Assembly: GCA_001784435.1 (NCBI GenBank)
Contig: MFQZ01000004.1
Span: 1 to 53,703 of the forward strand
Direction of reading: 5' to 3'
Source of the DNA: Candidatus Magasanikbacteria bacterium RIFOXYC2_FULL_42_28
GTDB taxonomy: Bacteria > Patescibacteriota > Patescibacteriia > Magasanikbacterales > GWA2-37-8
Length of the DNA stretch: 53,703 nucleotides
The position numbers and the translations under genes are program-made. Of this stretch, positions 51,800 to 53,703 are shown in pieces. Each line of letters starts with the position of its first letter. Within the stretch, counting starts at the first letter, position 1. The notes beneath the pieces were generated by a model, which worked only from the letters and a program-made list of their open reading frames with translations, searched no databases and was not told the DNA's origin.

Positions 51800-53321
51800 C
51801 GTTAAAACAATTCGGGTTTTTGACAAAATTTTCACGGGCAACGCACAGCGTCGCCCAAGGGTTTTTCGGCGAATTGTCGCCGTTTTTATATTCCCCCCAC
51901 ACCAGTTTACCGCCCGCGAGGCGGAGGTTCGAGCCAAAGATTTCTTTGGCAACAACCTTTTTGGCAAAAAGGTTGTTCTCCCGCGCGATTTGAGGCAGAT
52001 TTTCTGTCTCTTTTATCCATTGTCGCATCGGTTCGAGCCAACTATTTCGTTTCTGTTCGGCGGTCAATATTTTCTCCTCCAGCGACTTTTTCTCGCTCAT
52101 AAATTTCGCCTTCTTTTCCAGATATATTTCGCGCTCTATATCTTGCTCTAAATAACTATCTAACAGTCGCTGTAATTTGGTTTTAATATTTTCTATCGCA
52201 CTTTTGTTCTCTTGAACAAAAGCAACTGACGACTGCGCATCGCTATTTTTGTCTTTTTCTAAAATCGCTGTTAATTGTGTCGCCCAATCCGCGCTCAAAG
52301 AAAATTTTTGTAATAATAAGGATGTCTGCTCGTCTAAACTTTCTTGGCGAATACAGGGTTCGTCACATTTTATTGTTTTATTTTTCTTTGTGCAATGGTA
52401 ATAAATATAGTCATGAGTATTACCATTTTTCTGACGTTTAACCCTGTATTCGCCAGTTATTCCCATTCCGCACGTTCCACATTTCAACATTCCACAAAAC
52501 GCTTGCGCCTTGTTTTTAGTTTTGTGATGCGGTCGTCCTTTTTGTTTTAAAATATTTTGAACTATATCAAAAATCTTCTTTGAAATAATTGGCTCATGTT
52601 TTCCTTCGTATAATTCTTTGTTGTATTTAAAAAATCCGACATAAAACGGATTGGAAAGCGTAAACGAAACTTTATCTCGTTTCCAATTTTTTTCGTTCTT
52701 TGTTTTAATACCTTGCTCTGCCAAAAAGTTAGATACATCTTCCAGTCGTGAATTGCCCTGCGCATAAAATTCAAAAGTTTTGCGTAAAATCTCAGCTCTT
52801 CTTTTATCCACCGCCACATTTTTTGTGCGTGGGTCGTTGAAATATTCAAAGGGCGCAAGGCCGGGATATTCTCCACGTCTAACTTTCTGATGCATTCCGC
52901 GCTTGACGTTTTCGCTTAAACTATCAACATAATATTTGCTTTGTCCAAAAGCAATATTAAGCATAAATTTTCCTTGCGGGGTTGGCTCAAACCAAAATTG
53001 CGGAAATTTTAACGCTAAAATATTTCCGCAATCCAAAAGATAAATTATTTTTCCGCCGTCAACAGAATTGCGTGCCAAACGATCTGGGTGCCAACTGATT
53101 ATACCGTTTGCTTCTCCGCGTTCTATTCTTTCCAGCATTGAATTAAAAATCGGTCTGCCCGGGATTTTAGCTGACTGCTTTTCTATTAACTCCTCAATAA
53201 TATCAAATTTTTCGTTTCTCGCGAACGCGCGCAACTCGGTAATTTGCGCCTCAATACTTAAAACTTGTTTATCTTCCACATCCGTGGATTTACGGGCATA
53301 CAAAAAGAATTTTTGTGCCAT
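51759..53321 (-). CDS. Large serine recombinase (resolvase domain, recombinase domain, Zn ribbon, coiled coil); C-terminus reads antisense into tRNA-Glu
   Basis: FFLYARKST (catalytic Ser), WHPDRLARN, NPFYVG, HEPII, CGTCG..YYHC. Confidence 0.95.
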   Translation of the reverse strand: MAQKFFLYARKSTDVEDKQVLSIEAQITELRAFARNEKFDIIEELIEKQSAKIPGRPIFNSMLERIERGEANGIISWHPDRLARNSVDGGKIIYLLDCGNILALKFPQFWFEPTPQGKFMLNIAFGQSKYYVDSLSENVKRGMHQKVRRGEYPGLAPFEYFNDPRTKNVAVDKRRAEILRKTFEFYAQGNSRLEDVSNFLAEQGIKTKNEKNWKRDKVSFTLSNPFYVGFFKYNKELYEGKHEPIISKKIFDIVQNILKQKGRPHHKTKNKAQAFCGMLKCGTCGMGITGEYRVKRQKNGNTHDYIYYHCTKKNKTIKCDEPCIRQESLDEQTSLLLQKFSLSADWATQLTAILEKDKNSDAQSSVAFVQENKSAIENIKTKLQRLLDSYLEQDIEREIYLEKKAKFMSEKKSLEEKILTAEQKRNSWLEPMRQWIKETENLPQIARENNLFAKKVVAKEIFGSNLRLAGGKLVWGEYKNGDNSPKNPWATLCVARENFVKNPNCFNVVAPRGIEPRFKP

Positions 53322-53683
53322 ATATTTGAAATTCAAAATGCCGTCCTGGTGCACCCAACCCAAAGAACTTAAAAAGTCAAAGGATTGTCCAAGACGGCAA
53401 TTAAAAAAGTCCTTTGGTTAAGTTGGGTGCGAGGTTATTATATCACAAATCTCAAAAACAATACATCGGTTTGGATAAAACAAATTTTGTTTCAAAATTT
53501 GAAAATCGCGCGGGAGCCGAACCTCCACCTCGCGAGCGGTAAATTGGTGTGGCCTGCCTTCGCTAATGCTTCGGCGAGTCAACGGGGGGAATTAAAAAAC
53601 GGCGACGGTTGGCCAAAAAACCCATGGGCGATGCTGTGCGTCGCCCGTGAAAATTTTGTCCAAAACCCGAATTGTTTTAACGT
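51799..53683. mobile_element. Serine-recombinase element at the tRNA-Glu 3' end, bracketed by imperfect inverted repeats
   Basis: 51799..51931 is the diverged reverse complement of 53518..53683, which carries a 31-bp palindromic insert at 53553..53583. Confidence 0.6.
53340..53429 (-). promoter_or_regulatory. Structured 5' leader of the recombinase gene with crossing stems
   Basis: 53340..53349 pairs with 53389..53398, and 53351..53359 pairs with 53421..53429. TATAAT just upstream on the minus strand. Confidence 0.55.
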
Positions 53684-53703
53684 CGTATGTTTTTACAACG
53701 AAA

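Noticed and set aside
51706-51993. Plus-strand 95-aa ORF
   Set aside because: Runs through tRNA-Glu and antisense to the recombinase.
53322-53363. Upstream extension of the recombinase ORF to 53363
   Set aside because: The family starts at MAQKFFLYARKS. The extension lies in the structured leader.

Overview
Chromosomal window from an AT-rich bacterium whose core genes lack Shine-Dalgarno (SD) sites. Gene content and style suggest Patescibacteria/CPR (inference). Core content: ligA, ppsA with a C-terminal fusion, dsbB/thioredoxin, a HelD-like helicase, smpB-ssrA-infC-rpmI-rplT, surface-glycan genes, a cell-wall cluster (mpl-like, mraY, murF, PBP, murB), rlmN, hpf, aroB, tRNA-Asp, tRNA-Glu, and a large serine recombinase overlapping tRNA-Glu. 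The window opens in a 1049-bp tandem amplification of an effector-type LRR gene. The main candidate for an undescribed system is at ~26.9-31.8 kb. Four separate GC-rich single-gene cassettes encode two coiled-coil membrane paralogs, an outer-membrane beta-barrel-like protein and a Cys-rich/collagen-like lipoprotein. Each has a strong SD, an upstream hairpin spacer and a ~200-250 nt multi-hairpin 3' element. Three of the four elements end in a boxA-like GTTCTTTA motif, and two share 173 bp with only 2 mismatches. Possibly related elements elsewhere: an SD-led CCHC zinc-knuckle mini-gene (12.2-12.5 kb), a promoter-driven small RNA with an anti-SD loop (15.2 kb), and an orphan ~200-nt structured transcript just upstream of the array. 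Also notable: a GIY-YIG gene flanked by tRNA-Asp relics with the anticodon arm replaced by a dispersed palindrome, many in-frame palindrome/heptamer insertions in core enzymes, oriented heptamer-periodic intergenic elements, and a 28-aa CxxC tmRNA tag. All structures and family calls were made by eye; no database search or folding program was run.
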